Shown piece by piece: positions 9,478 through 18,460 of a stretch of DNA of 64,000 bases. Under the pieces are notes generated by a model. The model ran no database searches and had not been told where the DNA came from. It was given only the letters and a program-made list of their open reading frames with translations. Position numbers and translations under genes: made by a program. Location: NCBI GenBank assembly GCA_964427615.1, contig CAYRUR010000001.1, forward strand, positions 119,303-183,302, written 5' to 3'. Positions within the stretch are counted from its first letter, which is position 1. Each line of letters starts with the position of its first letter. This DNA is from an uncultured Gammaproteobacteria bacterium. Its GTDB lineage: Bacteria > Patescibacteriota > Microgenomatia > Levybacterales > GWA1-39-11.

Positions 9478-10083
9478 TTGACACTTTTTCCTATAATAGA
9501 GTATAGTATCAAAAATATGGTAAAAGGGGCTTTATTTTTAAGTATTGTAACCTTCTTCTTTTTGGTACAGCCTATTTTTGCCCAAAATACGCTAGATGCC
9601 ACAGAAAGTGCTGCGCCTTATGCCTCTGGTTCTGCAGTTAAAGAAGTTTCTGTTCAGTACGAATTGCCTTATCCAGGACTTTTACCAGATCATCCTCTTT
9701 ATTTCTTGAAAATGACACGGGATAAAATTGTGGGTTTATTGATCAATGATCCTTTAAAAAAAGCGGAATTTAATCTTTTAAACGCTGATAAGCGGATGCA
9801 TGCAGGAGTACTGCTAGTAAAAAAGAAAGAATATGATCTGGCAGTTACTACTATTTCTAAAAGTATCAATTATGTTGAAGAAGCACGGGTAGCGGAAATG
9901 AAGGCAAAGCAAGCCGGAAAATACACGCCTCCTTTTGAATCAAAGCTTGAAACAGCACTGGCAAAACATACAGAACTAACACAGATGCTTGTACAAAACA
10001 TGGACAAAAAATATGTGCAACAATTTAAAAATGAGTTGAAAAGAATGCGAGAATTGCAAAAAAGAATGGGAAAAAAGCATTAA
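9478..10083 (+). CDS. Secreted or membrane-anchored hypothetical protein
   Basis: Signal-peptide-like stretch (MVKGALFLSIVTFFFLVQPIFAQN, probable start near 9517) followed by a helical, Lys-rich region. Unknown family. Confidence 0.45.
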   Translation: MTLFPIIEYSIKNMVKGALFLSIVTFFFLVQPIFAQNTLDATESAAPYASGSAVKEVSVQYELPYPGLLPDHPLYFLKMTRDKIVGLLINDPLKKAEFNLLNADKRMHAGVLLVKKKEYDLAVTTISKSINYVEEARVAEMKAKQAGKYTPPFESKLETALAKHTELTQMLVQNMDKKYVQQFKNELKRMRELQKRMGKKH

Positions 10084-10336
10084 CTCTTCTATTTTGAGCC
10101 TGCCTTTTTGAATTGTCCTTTGGTTATTTATTTTCTTTGTTGAAAAGTGCATATGAGTTTCTCCATAGAAATAAGAGGAAAAATGATTCAAAAGAATAAT
10201 AAAAATGTACGTTTTTAGTTGCCAGAAATTGCTTTTTCTTTGTCAGAGCTCTTACATAATCAAATTGAAGCTAAAGCAAAAAATGATATAGTTTGTTATA
10301 TTGACTTAACAGATTTAGTGTTCTACTATTGTCTCT

Positions 10337-10352
10337 GACACTAGATGTAAAA
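10337..10352 (+). promoter_or_regulatory. Possible NrdR-box-like site upstream of nrdR-nrdJ
   Basis: acactagatgtaaaaag resembles the first half of the NrdR box consensus (acaCwAtATaTwGtgt). The match is weak and partial. Confidence 0.2.
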
Positions 10353-10417
10353 AGAAAATTTACATTTGGTAAAAGCTCTTTAATTAAGAAAGAAGCACCT
10401 TTAAAAATCGTAATACT

Positions 10418-10867
10418 ATGCTTTGCCCTTATTGCAGAAAAAATGGAACTGAAGTCGTTGAGACACGAATTGCCGAAGACGGAACAAATATTAGAAGAAG
10501 AAGATCATGTTCTTCCTGTGGCAAACGGTTTACTACTTATGAAAGAATTGAGAATGTAACATTAGTAGTAAAGAAAAAAGACGGAAGACGTGAGCAATTT
10601 GATAGAGATAAGTTACGAGCAGGAGTGATCCGGGCATGTGAGAAAACAAGTGTTTCAATTGATAAAATTCATGATATAGTAGATGTTATTGAAAGAGAAC
10701 TACGTAACGGTGAATCAGTAGAGGTTGAAAGTAGAAAGATAGGACAGCTTACGGCTGTTAAACTGAAAAAAGTAGATAAGGTAGCATATATTCGATTTGC
10801 AAGTGTTTTTAAGCGTTTTGTTGATTTAGACGATTTTGAGAAAGAATTAAAAAGATTATTAAAATAA
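10418..10867 (+). CDS. nrdR: Transcriptional repressor NrdR (Zn-ribbon plus ATP-cone)
   Basis: N-terminus MLCPYCRKNGTEVVETRIAEDGTNIRRRRSCSSCGKRFTTYERIE is a canonical NrdR zinc ribbon. It sits immediately upstream of an RNR gene. Confidence 0.9.
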   Translation: MLCPYCRKNGTEVVETRIAEDGTNIRRRRSCSSCGKRFTTYERIENVTLVVKKKDGRREQFDRDKLRAGVIRACEKTSVSIDKIHDIVDVIERELRNGESVEVESRKIGQLTAVKLKKVDKVAYIRFASVFKRFVDLDDFEKELKRLLK

Positions 10868-10868
10868 T

Positions 10869-13283
10869 ATGAAACTTGAAGGATTATCAGAAAAAGTATT
10901 TTTAGACAGATATGCTCTCAAAGATAAAAAGGGCAACCCTATCGAAAAAGACCCTCGCCAGATGTGGAGGAGAATTGCTAAGGCAGTAGCAGAGCAAGAA
11001 GAAGGAGAAAGTAAAAAGATTTGGGAAAAAGAATTTTATGAGGCTCTAAAGGGTTTTAAGTATGTTCCTGGCGGAAGAATCCATGCAGGCGCGGGAACTG
11101 GGTATCAAGTTACTTATTATAATTGTTTTGTAATTCCTTCTCCAAAAGATTCACGAGGTGGTATTATTGATACCCTCAAGCAAATGGTTGAAATTATGGC
11201 ACACGGTGGTGGTGTTGGTATCAACCTCTCCTCTCTTCGTCCTCGCGGTTTTCGAGTTAAGAAAGTAAATGGATTCTCCTCTGGTCCTTGTAACTGGGCA
11301 GAGCTGTTCTCTATTGCTACCAAAGATATTATTCAACAGGGTGGTACTCGTCGAGGTGCACTTATGTTAATGCTTTGGGACTGGCATCCTGATGTAGAAG
11401 AATTTATTACCGTAAAACAAGACTTACTCCGTATCAATGGAGCTAATCTTTCCGTATGTGTGTCTGATAAATTCATGGATGCAGTTGAAAAAGATGGAGA
11501 CTGGGATCTGGTTTTCCCTGATAAAGATGATCCAGATTATGATGAAAAATGGGATGGAGACCTAGAGGCTTGGAAAAAGCTTGGTAAAAAAGTAATAGTA
11601 CACAAAACAGTAAAGGCACGCAAGATATGGGATCTGATTGCTGAAGCTGCTTGGAAATCAGCAGAGCCAGGAGTAGTCTTCATGGAGCGCTACAACAAGC
11701 TATACAACAACTGGTACTGGAACAGCATCAATTGTGTAAATCCATGTGGAGAAGAAGGACTTCCACCATGGGGAGTATGTAACTTGGGTTCTATCAACCT
11801 TTCTGCTTTTGTCAAAGGGTATGAAGTAGATAAAAAAGGAGAGTTTGATTTTGAGACATTAAAGAAAGTAGTGAGAGTAGGAGTGAGATTCCAAGACAAT
11901 GTAGTGAGTATGGATCCATATATTTTTGAAGGAATTCGCAAGACACAGCTTGAGGGAGAAAGAAGAATTGGTCTTGGTACCATGGGTTTGGGAGATGCAC
12001 TAATTAAATTACACTTACGTTATGGTTCACCTGAAGCATTGGAGTTTATAGATGAAGTGTATAAGCTTATTAGAGACGAAGCATACAGAGCGTCATCTGA
12101 GATTGCCAAAGAAAAAGGAGCATTTCCAAAGTTTGATAAAGAACTTTTCCCACAAGGAGCATTTATCAAGCAACTTCCAAAAGACATCCAGAAGATGATT
12201 AAAGAGCAAGGGATTCGCAACTCGCTTCTTTTGATGCAAGCACCAACAGGGTCAATCTCTTTGATGGCTAACACCACTTCTGGTATAGAGCCGGTATATG
12301 AATTTGAATTTATCAGGAGAAGTAGAATTGGGGAGCATGTAATCAGACACCATTTGTATGATGAATGGTACAAAGTACATGATAAAGAACTGGAAGAAGG
12401 AAAAATACAAAGACCGGATTACTTTGTCTCTGCAAATGATCTTACTCCAGAAGAGCATGTGGAAACACAGGGTATCATCCAAAAATATGTGGATGCTTCT
12501 ATCTCAAAGACAGTAAATGCACCTAAGACGCATACTGTAGAGGATGTAAAAAGACTATATACCTTAGCTTACAAATTAGGTTGTAAAGGGATAACCTATA
12601 TGAGAGAAGGATCACGAGTCGGCGTATTAGAAAGAAAAGAGGACAAAAAAGAAGAAGTAAAGGAAGAAATAAAGCAATTACCACCTATTATGCGCAGGCC
12701 AATGGTCATGCAAGGAGTAACATATAAAACGCAAACACCACTGGGGAGTACCTTTATTACCATCAATGTAGACAAGGATGGTAATCCTTTTGAAGTCTTT
12801 ATTAATGCTGGGAAATCAGGTTCTGATGTCATGGCTATGGCAGAGGCATTAGGGCGCATGATTTCATTTGCTTTAAGAATGCAGGGTCCTATTGATTCAC
12901 GGGAAAAAATAGAAAGAATTATTGCCCAAATGACGGGTATCGGAGGTGCAAGAACAGTTGGCTTTGGTCCTAATAGAGTGAGATCTTTGCCTGATGCTGT
13001 AGCCAAGATCCTCGCTGATCACTTTGAATTTAAGGTAAATGGAAAAGTTACTGACGTAAAAAAGAATATAAAAGCTGATGCTATGGAGCCAGCTAGTCTT
13101 ACAAATGGACACGCAGCAGCAAATGAACATGCAGTGATGGCCTTACAACCATCTTTATTGCACGCTGAATCTGCTTCTTCTACAAATGATAGTTTTGATA
13201 TCTGTCCTGATTGTGGAACATCAGGTTTAGCACACGAAGAAGGTTGTATAAAATGTTACTCATGTGGATATTCCGCATGTTAA
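10869..13283 (+). CDS. nrdJ: Class II (adenosylcobalamin-dependent) ribonucleotide reductase with a C-terminal Zn-ribbon
   Basis: NrdJ-type N-terminus (VFLDRYALKDKKGNPIEKDPRQMWRRIAKAVA). Active-site region NPCGEEGLPPWGVCNLGSINL. C-terminal CPDCG...CIKCYSCG zinc ribbon. Length 804 aa. A start codon 2 nt after the nrdR stop indicates an operon. Confidence 0.85.
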   Translation: MKLEGLSEKVFLDRYALKDKKGNPIEKDPRQMWRRIAKAVAEQEEGESKKIWEKEFYEALKGFKYVPGGRIHAGAGTGYQVTYYNCFVIPSPKDSRGGIIDTLKQMVEIMAHGGGVGINLSSLRPRGFRVKKVNGFSSGPCNWAELFSIATKDIIQQGGTRRGALMLMLWDWHPDVEEFITVKQDLLRINGANLSVCVSDKFMDAVEKDGDWDLVFPDKDDPDYDEKWDGDLEAWKKLGKKVIVHKTVKARKIWDLIAEAAWKSAEPGVVFMERYNKLYNNWYWNSINCVNPCGEEGLPPWGVCNLGSINLSAFVKGYEVDKKGEFDFETLKKVVRVGVRFQDNVVSMDPYIFEGIRKTQLEGERRIGLGTMGLGDALIKLHLRYGSPEALEFIDEVYKLIRDEAYRASSEIAKEKGAFPKFDKELFPQGAFIKQLPKDIQKMIKEQGIRNSLLLMQAPTGSISLMANTTSGIEPVYEFEFIRRSRIGEHVIRHHLYDEWYKVHDKELEEGKIQRPDYFVSANDLTPEEHVETQGIIQKYVDASISKTVNAPKTHTVEDVKRLYTLAYKLGCKGITYMREGSRVGVLERKEDKKEEVKEEIKQLPPIMRRPMVMQGVTYKTQTPLGSTFITINVDKDGNPFEVFINAGKSGSDVMAMAEALGRMISFALRMQGPIDSREKIERIIAQMTGIGGARTVGFGPNRVRSLPDAVAKILADHFEFKVNGKVTDVKKNIKADAMEPASLTNGHAAANEHAVMALQPSLLHAESASSTNDSFDICPDCGTSGLAHEEGCIKCYSCGYSAC

Positions 13284-13289
13284 AAACAG

Positions 13290-13478
13290 TTAGTTTGTTG
13301 GTGTATGAAAAGTTAATAGTGAGTATTAGGTAAGAAGGGTGAAAATCCCTCACAGAGCCGCTACTGTTATAGTCAGAAAACGATACTCATGAGAAAGCCC
13401 GAGCTTGGCATTAAATATGGAGTCCTCTCGGGTGATCTTCTTTACTGAACAGGTAAAGAGAGAAACGAAGAGGATTTT
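13290..13478 (+). promoter_or_regulatory. Cobalamin (B12) riboswitch-like leader, copy 1
   Basis: Contains AAGGGUGAAAAUCCCUCACAGAGCCGCUACUGUUAUAG, which matches the conserved GGUGAAAAUCC...GC.G..CCGC.ACUGU core of Firmicutes B12 riboswitches. A B12-box-like AAAGCCCGAGCUUGGC follows, then a hairpin plus U-run before the ATG at 13482. Confidence 0.6.
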
Positions 13479-13481
13479 TTT

Positions 13482-13883
13482 ATGGCTACACTACTTAAAA
13501 ATAAAAAAGCTTTTTTAATACTCATCGGAATTACATTCGTTATTGTTGCTCTTGTTTTTGTTTTTCCAAGTATTCCTGCACAAAAGAGTGAAACAGAAAC
13601 TGTTATTACGCCAACAGTGGCTATTTCCAATCAAACTCAAAACATAGATTCTTTTACGTATCAAGGTGAAGAAGGTAAAAGTGCATTCGAGATCTTAGAA
13701 GTAAAAACAAAAGTAGAGATAGATAAAGTAGGTCTTGTTTCTGCTATCAATGGAAGAAAAGCAGATAACAGCAAAAGAGAGTTTTGGGCATTTTATGTCA
13801 ATGGCAAGTTAGCAGAAGTTGGTCCCAAAGATTACATTACGAAATCAACGGACAAAATAGAATGGAAAATAGAGACTTACTAA
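13482..13883 (+). CDS. Membrane-anchored DUF4430-like protein (putative transcobalamin-like cobalamin-binding protein)
   Basis: N-terminal transmembrane anchor. C-terminal region with the FWAFYVNGKLAEVGPKDY...IEWKIE pattern typical of DUF4430. First gene after the B12 riboswitch. Confidence 0.45.
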   Translation: MATLLKNKKAFLILIGITFVIVALVFVFPSIPAQKSETETVITPTVAISNQTQNIDSFTYQGEEGKSAFEILEVKTKVEIDKVGLVSAINGRKADNSKREFWAFYVNGKLAEVGPKDYITKSTDKIEWKIETY

Positions 13884-13884
13884 T

Positions 13885-14421
13885 ATGAAAAAATCCCACT
13901 TAGTAACTGCAACGCTGATTATTTTCTGTGGAGCACTTTTCCGATTTCTCCCTCATCCACCAAATTTTGCGCCTATTGCAGCTATGGCTCTTTTTGCAGG
14001 AGCGTATATGGACAAAAAATATGCTTTCTTTATTCCTTTTATAGCAATGTTTGTCTCAGATATTTTTCTGGGTTTTCATAATACGATGCCTTTTGTCTAT
14101 GTCAGCTTTTTTCTCGTAGGAGTTTTGGGAATGATGCTTAAAAAGCACTCTAAACCTCAAATGGTTATAGCAGCGGCTTTTGTGTCTTCCCTGTTATTTT
14201 TTGTGATTACCAATATTGGAGTATGGCTGAGTTCAGGGCTCTATGAGCAAAATACAAAAGGATTAGCGGAAGCATTTGTCCTTGCCATTCCTTTTTTCAA
14301 AAACACGCTGATGGGAGACTTGTTGTTTACTAGTGCTTTTTTTGCTCTGTTTGAATTTTTCAAAGCAACTTTGTTGAAAGAAAGGTTGTTGCATGAAAAA
14401 GCTTCTCAACCCAAAAGCTAA
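13885..14421 (+). CDS. Small polytopic membrane protein, ECF-transporter S-component-like (putative cobalamin or precursor uptake)
   Basis: 178 aa with about 5 predicted transmembrane helices. Start codon 2 nt after the previous stop. The context is a B12 riboswitch followed by PduO. Confidence 0.4.
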   Translation: MKKSHLVTATLIIFCGALFRFLPHPPNFAPIAAMALFAGAYMDKKYAFFIPFIAMFVSDIFLGFHNTMPFVYVSFFLVGVLGMMLKKHSKPQMVIAAAFVSSLLFFVITNIGVWLSSGLYEQNTKGLAEAFVLAIPFFKNTLMGDLLFTSAFFALFEFFKATLLKERLLHEKASQPKS

Positions 14422-14444
14422 ACAGTATTTTTACTATTTGCTAT

Positions 14445-15017
14445 TTGGTTTTTAATATTTCTATTATGCCTATTTATACAAAAACTGGAGACAAAGGAAA
14501 AACAGCATTACGGACTAATGAGCGGGTATGGAAAGATTCAGTACGCGTTGAAAGTTATGGAACAGTTGATGAGCTTAATGCGTATTTAGGGGTAGTGCTT
14601 TCTTATATTGATACAGATGCAAAAAAAGAATTGCGTTATGTAGCAGATCTAGTGGTTACAGTACAAAATGATTTGTTTTTTATTGGTTCTTATATTGCCA
14701 ACCCTGGTGAGAAGCGGGACCTGACAGTGCTTAACAAGCATATTACGTATTTTGAGGATGAGATAGATGGTATGACAGAGCAAATGCCAGAACTTAAAAA
14801 TTTTATTCTTCCAGGAGGAGGAAAGGTAGGAGCATCCTTGCAGTACGCACGTACTATTTCCAGAAGAGCGGAGAGAAAATTAGTTTCTTTGCACAAGGCA
14901 GAAGGGGTTGAAAAAGAAATTTTGCAGTATATAAATAGACTTTCTGACTTATTATTTACGTTGTCTCGCTTTGCCAATTACGTAGAAAAAAAGAAAGAGA
15001 TAATTTGGTCTTTGTAA
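14445..15017 (+). CDS. pduO: ATP:cob(I)alamin adenosyltransferase, PduO type
   Basis: N-terminus MPIYTKTGDKGKTALRTNERVWKDSVRVESYGTVDELNAYLG is the PduO-type ATR signature. Length about 190 aa. Confidence 0.85.
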   Translation: MVFNISIMPIYTKTGDKGKTALRTNERVWKDSVRVESYGTVDELNAYLGVVLSYIDTDAKKELRYVADLVVTVQNDLFFIGSYIANPGEKRDLTVLNKHITYFEDEIDGMTEQMPELKNFILPGGGKVGASLQYARTISRRAERKLVSLHKAEGVEKEILQYINRLSDLLFTLSRFANYVEKKKEIIWSL

Positions 15018-15256
15018 CGGGTGAATGAGGTGTAAATCCTCAGCTATGCCGTAGCTGTGATCTTAGGTAAATACTAAGAAAGTCAGATCCCCGTCTGTTT
15101 CAATATTTAATTTGAGAACAGGAAAAGTCTTTCGAGTCCATGTACCATGCGGTACAGGACCATGCGCTGAATAGTGCATGGCAAGAGCAATTTTGTATCC
15201 TTATCCTGCCTTCTCGAAATTCTGTTACAGAACAAAATGAGAAGGTTTTTTTATTG
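15018..15256 (+). promoter_or_regulatory. Cobalamin riboswitch-like leader, copy 2, with a rho-independent terminator as expression platform
   Basis: GAGGUGUAAAUCCUCAGCUAUGCCGUAGCUGUGAUCUUAGG parallels the copy-1 core (GGUG.AAAUCC...GC...CCG.AGCUGU). A B12-box-like AAGUCAGAUCCCCGUCUG follows. The terminator ccttctc...gagaagg plus TTTTTTT lies at 15209-15252, just before the ATG at 15265. Confidence 0.5.
15209..15252 (+). terminator. Intrinsic terminator (riboswitch expression platform)
   Basis: Stem CCTTCTC/GAGAAGG enclosing the sub-hairpin ttctgttacagaa, followed by a 7-T run. Confidence 0.55.
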
Positions 15257-15264
15257 TTATTGTT

Positions 15265-16665
15265 ATGGATCTTGAATCAAGAACAGTTACTTATCAAATA
15301 CAAAGAAATGAAGCTTTTTATGCTGATAATTCTTCTTTAGAAGGAGAATTTCATGATTTACAAAGAGAGTGGATTCGTGAAGAGGAAGATGAATGGTACT
15401 TGTTGCCTGGAACAGGATTTAATGTGAAGCTTCAAGTTGAGTTATTACGCAAGGATCTTGAAGAAGGATTAGAAAAAGGAGAATCGTATGAGGACATTAT
15501 TGAGAAGTGGCTCCAAAAAACAGAACAGGACATTCATGGGTTTAAAATTGAGTATTTGTGTGAGGGCTTGTTATTTCCTATTATGTTGGACAAAGAAGTA
15601 GTAAACGCAGAAGAAAGAATTGTTGCGCCTTTATATGGAGGAAAACTGTTTGTAGACACAGTGAGTGAGCAAGAGCGTTTGGGAAGTGTAAAAAAAGCTA
15701 TCGTGGGTGATCCAGAAACAGGCAAAGAAGGAATAGAACACTTTTTACTCACCGCTCATCCTGGATCTGTTTCAGTTATGACCAGTCCTCCTGGTTGGAG
15801 TGGTTTTGAAGGAATTACGTACCCTGACTCTCAGACTTATATTTGGCAGATACAGGAAGACAGGTCTATTAGAGGGTTTACGGTGCGTACTGATATGGAG
15901 GTAAAAGAAAACATAAAGTTATTAGAAACACTAGGTGAAGATATGAGTGCTATGAAAGGCAAAAATGAACAAGAAAGGTTGGCAGGAATTGTCGGAACAC
16001 CGGTGTTTTTAAGGGGAAATGATGAAAAGCAGTGGAGTATCGAAGATATTGTGAATGCTATTAGATCAGTAAAACACACAAAATCAGCGTATAAAGAAAG
16101 AGGTTTTGATGAAATTTATGATCAGCTTGAAAATCCTGAGTCTTTATGGACGCTTGATGAAACAACACGTAAGCTCGTTGCAGAGTTTAGAAGATATGTG
16201 TGGGATCAAGTATATAATGGTGAAGGAGATAGAGAGAAAAACATTCAAAGAGCATTGGGAATGACTGTTCTGGAACTGGCTAAGAGAATACGTAGACCTA
16301 AGAGAGAAGAGATAGCATACGACGATGAGTGGGTAGGTGAGGAATATAGTTTAGGAGGTGGATTAGTGTCAGGAGATCGGTATCGTGATGTTTTATCTGA
16401 TGTGCAACAATTAGGAGGATGTAATGGCGGAGGAGGTGAGGGTGAAAGTATGCCTGATAGCTATATTGTTAACTCTATTACTCCTCGAATTGGTGTGAGA
16501 AATGAAGTTGATTACTCGAAAGATCCAAATTTATGTAGATGTAGTAATAGCCTTCCTCATTTTCACTGTCCTGGTAAAAAAGAAGGAAAGCCTTGTAAAG
16601 AAAAAATTATCTATGGAAAAGGAATTAAAAAGTGTCCTAGTTGTGGAGAAGGAAAAAAATGTTAA
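15265..16665 (+). CDS. Hypothetical acidic cytoplasmic protein with a Cys-rich C-terminus; putatively B12-riboswitch-controlled
   Basis: 466-aa ORF with no transmembrane segments and no recognisable enzyme motif. C-terminal CRCSNSLPHFHCPGKKEGKPCKEKIIYGKGIKKCPSCGEGKKC suggests metal binding. Confidence 0.55.
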   Translation: MDLESRTVTYQIQRNEAFYADNSSLEGEFHDLQREWIREEEDEWYLLPGTGFNVKLQVELLRKDLEEGLEKGESYEDIIEKWLQKTEQDIHGFKIEYLCEGLLFPIMLDKEVVNAEERIVAPLYGGKLFVDTVSEQERLGSVKKAIVGDPETGKEGIEHFLLTAHPGSVSVMTSPPGWSGFEGITYPDSQTYIWQIQEDRSIRGFTVRTDMEVKENIKLLETLGEDMSAMKGKNEQERLAGIVGTPVFLRGNDEKQWSIEDIVNAIRSVKHTKSAYKERGFDEIYDQLENPESLWTLDETTRKLVAEFRRYVWDQVYNGEGDREKNIQRALGMTVLELAKRIRRPKREEIAYDDEWVGEEYSLGGGLVSGDRYRDVLSDVQQLGGCNGGGGEGESMPDSYIVNSITPRIGVRNEVDYSKDPNLCRCSNSLPHFHCPGKKEGKPCKEKIIYGKGIKKCPSCGEGKKC

Positions 16666-16814
16666 ACAAAAATTCGCAAGAGAATTGTGATGTCTGTTTT
16701 AAAATCAAATGTCGCGGATGTGGGTGGGAGCCAACAGAGGAAGAGGTAGCAAAAATCCAAGCAGGAGAACTGAGAACTTGTCCTTTGTGTGGTTGGCAGC
16801 CAGGAGAAAAATAA
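16659..16814 (+). CDS. Small (51 aa) zinc-ribbon protein, start overlapping the previous stop (ATGTTAA)
   Basis: MLNKNSQENCDVCFKIKCRGCGWEPTEEEVAKIQAGELRTCPLCGWQPGEK has a CxxC...CxxC...CPLCG arrangement. It is absent from the ORF track because it is under 60 aa. Confidence 0.4.
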   Translation: MLNKNSQENCDVCFKIKCRGCGWEPTEEEVAKIQAGELRTCPLCGWQPGEK

Positions 16815-16828
16815 GCTAGTATAAAAGA

Positions 16829-17533
16829 GTGAAGTCTTTTTTACTTAATCTCCTTTTTCCAAAACGCTGTATTCAGTGTAAAAGGCTTGGTTCTTTTGTC
16901 TGTTCTGATTGTTTTGCACACATTCAGTATGCTTCTTTGTCTCTTTGTCCCATGTGTCTTAGACCTTCAGTTGATGGTCTCACGCATCCTGCCTGTTCCA
17001 AACCTCTCGGACTTGATGGGCTGATTACGGTGGTAGAGTATAAAGGAATTATTAAGAAACTGCTCTACCAACTCAAATATGCACCTTATCTTACGAGCCT
17101 AACTACAGTTATTAAAAATCTTTCATATGAGGCATTAATTCAAGATGAAAGTTTTATGTATATTAAAGCCCAAAATCCTTTTCTTATTCCTGTGCCTTTG
17201 CATGTAAAAAAAGAAAGAAAAAGAGGGTATAACCAAGCAACACTTATTGCAAGGCAGATAGCAGATTCATTTGATCTTTCTCTTGAAAATAAAGTGCTTA
17301 TAAGAAGTAAACATACAAAGCCTCAATTTAAGCTCTCAAAAGAAGAAAGAAAAGAAAATATAAAAGATGCTTTTGAGGTGACTGCAAAAGGAAAGGAAGT
17401 TATAAATGGTGCTACCATTTTTGTAGTAGATGATATTGCTACTACCTGTTTTACCCTGCGTTCATGCGCTAAAATCCTCAAAAGAAATGGAGCAAAAAAA
17501 GTCTACGGTTTAGTATTTGCCAAGGAGTATTGA
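16829..17533 (+). CDS. comFC: ComF/ComFC-family phosphoribosyltransferase-domain protein (competence-related)
   Basis: N-terminal Cys cluster (CIQCKRLGSFVCSDCF...CPMC) and a C-terminal PRTase motif (TIFVVDDIATTCFTL). Confidence 0.7.
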   Translation: MKSFLLNLLFPKRCIQCKRLGSFVCSDCFAHIQYASLSLCPMCLRPSVDGLTHPACSKPLGLDGLITVVEYKGIIKKLLYQLKYAPYLTSLTTVIKNLSYEALIQDESFMYIKAQNPFLIPVPLHVKKERKRGYNQATLIARQIADSFDLSLENKVLIRSKHTKPQFKLSKEERKENIKDAFEVTAKGKEVINGATIFVVDDIATTCFTLRSCAKILKRNGAKKVYGLVFAKEY

Positions 17534-17555
17534 GTAAAAAATATTAGATTGTAAA

Positions 17556-17614
17556 AGGCAAAAGGGCACCTCAGATTTTGGAAAGTCGTAAGACTCCCTC
17601 GTCGTTGGTGCCCT
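17556..17614. terminator. Bidirectional intrinsic terminator between convergent genes
   Basis: aaaagggcacc...ggtgccctttt forms an 11-bp GC-rich stem with T-runs on both strands. It lies between the comFC-like stop (17533) and the stop of the GC-rich ORF (17714). Confidence 0.5.
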
Positions 17615-17713
17615 TTTACACTTATCAAAGTTTCGGAAAGTTGACTGATAACGGGTTCATCCGTCCTGCTTGTGCAAGCCCTCTGTACGAGGTTTAGTGT
17701 ATTAAGCTGTAAG

Positions 17714-18460
17714 TTACTCGTCGTTGAGTTGGATGCTGAGTAGGGCGGGATTGAGAACACCGCCGTTCTCGTTAGCTAGCTCGCCCTCGTTCCCGATTTG
17801 GGTGTCGAGGTTGTGCCAACGACGGAGCTGTTCCCCGTGTTTCCAGCAACGAGCGAGCATTGTGACAGCAGCGCCGAACATGAAGCCTGTGATGCCTTCA
17901 AGGTCCGCTTCGTGCGATGTAGCGGAAGCTACCTCTTCGAGGGTCTTCCCGTTAGATATCTCGACCTGCATGAGTCGCGCCCATCGTTGAGCGTATGTGA
18001 TAACGGCACCGCCGTAAGGATCTCGGTTGGCCAGCATGGCTTCTTCCCAAGCATCTGGGTTAGACTCCTCCATAGGAGGAGCACCTTTGAGCTTCGCCTC
18101 CAGAGCATTGCGCTTGGCTTTAGCTTGCGCCTCGTACTCAGCTTGCAGTTCCTGGCGTCTGCGCTCGTTCTTGGCTTCGACCTGGTTGTCATTCTCCTTC
18201 TCCTCGTCGGTAAGGACAAGGTTTGGGTAAGGACCGACGTTGGGGTCGATATAATGATGGAGCGCCCGATGCCAATCCCGAAAGATAAGATCAGGACTAG
18301 AGTCCTTGCGAACACTAACCCTTACCTCATTGAAGTCGAACGTAATGAGGCACCCATCTTCCTCGGCTGATAGAGCGATAGCTTCAACGATGGTATTGCG
18401 GATATGTGCTCCTGCACCAACCTCAAAGACAATTTCCTTCTTTCGCCAAAAGTTACTCAT
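17714..18460 (-). CDS. Hypothetical protein encoded on a compositionally foreign (GC-rich) segment
   Basis: 248-aa ORF in a stretch visibly far more G+C-rich than the rest of the window. GGAGG RBS 8 nt upstream of the ATG. Acidic, Ala/Glu-rich helical protein of unknown family. Spurious antisense ORFs in this stretch fit high GC. Confidence 0.55.
   Translation of the reverse strand: MSNFWRKKEIVFEVGAGAHIRNTIVEAIALSAEEDGCLITFDFNEVRVSVRKDSSPDLIFRDWHRALHHYIDPNVGPYPNLVLTDEEKENDNQVEAKNERRRQELQAEYEAQAKAKRNALEAKLKGAPPMEESNPDAWEEAMLANRDPYGGAVITYAQRWARLMQVEISNGKTLEEVASATSHEADLEGITGFMFGAAVTMLARCWKHGEQLRRWHNLDTQIGNEGELANENGGVLNPALLSIQLNDE

Noticed and set aside
17724-18370. Several plus-strand ORFs (88, 190 and 67 aa) and a minus-strand 128-aa ORF, all overlapping the GC-rich 248-aa gene
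   Set aside because: High G+C content suppresses stop codons in all frames, so these are typical antisense and out-of-frame artefacts. They have no RBS or motif, and they all nest inside the better-supported 17714..18460 ORF.
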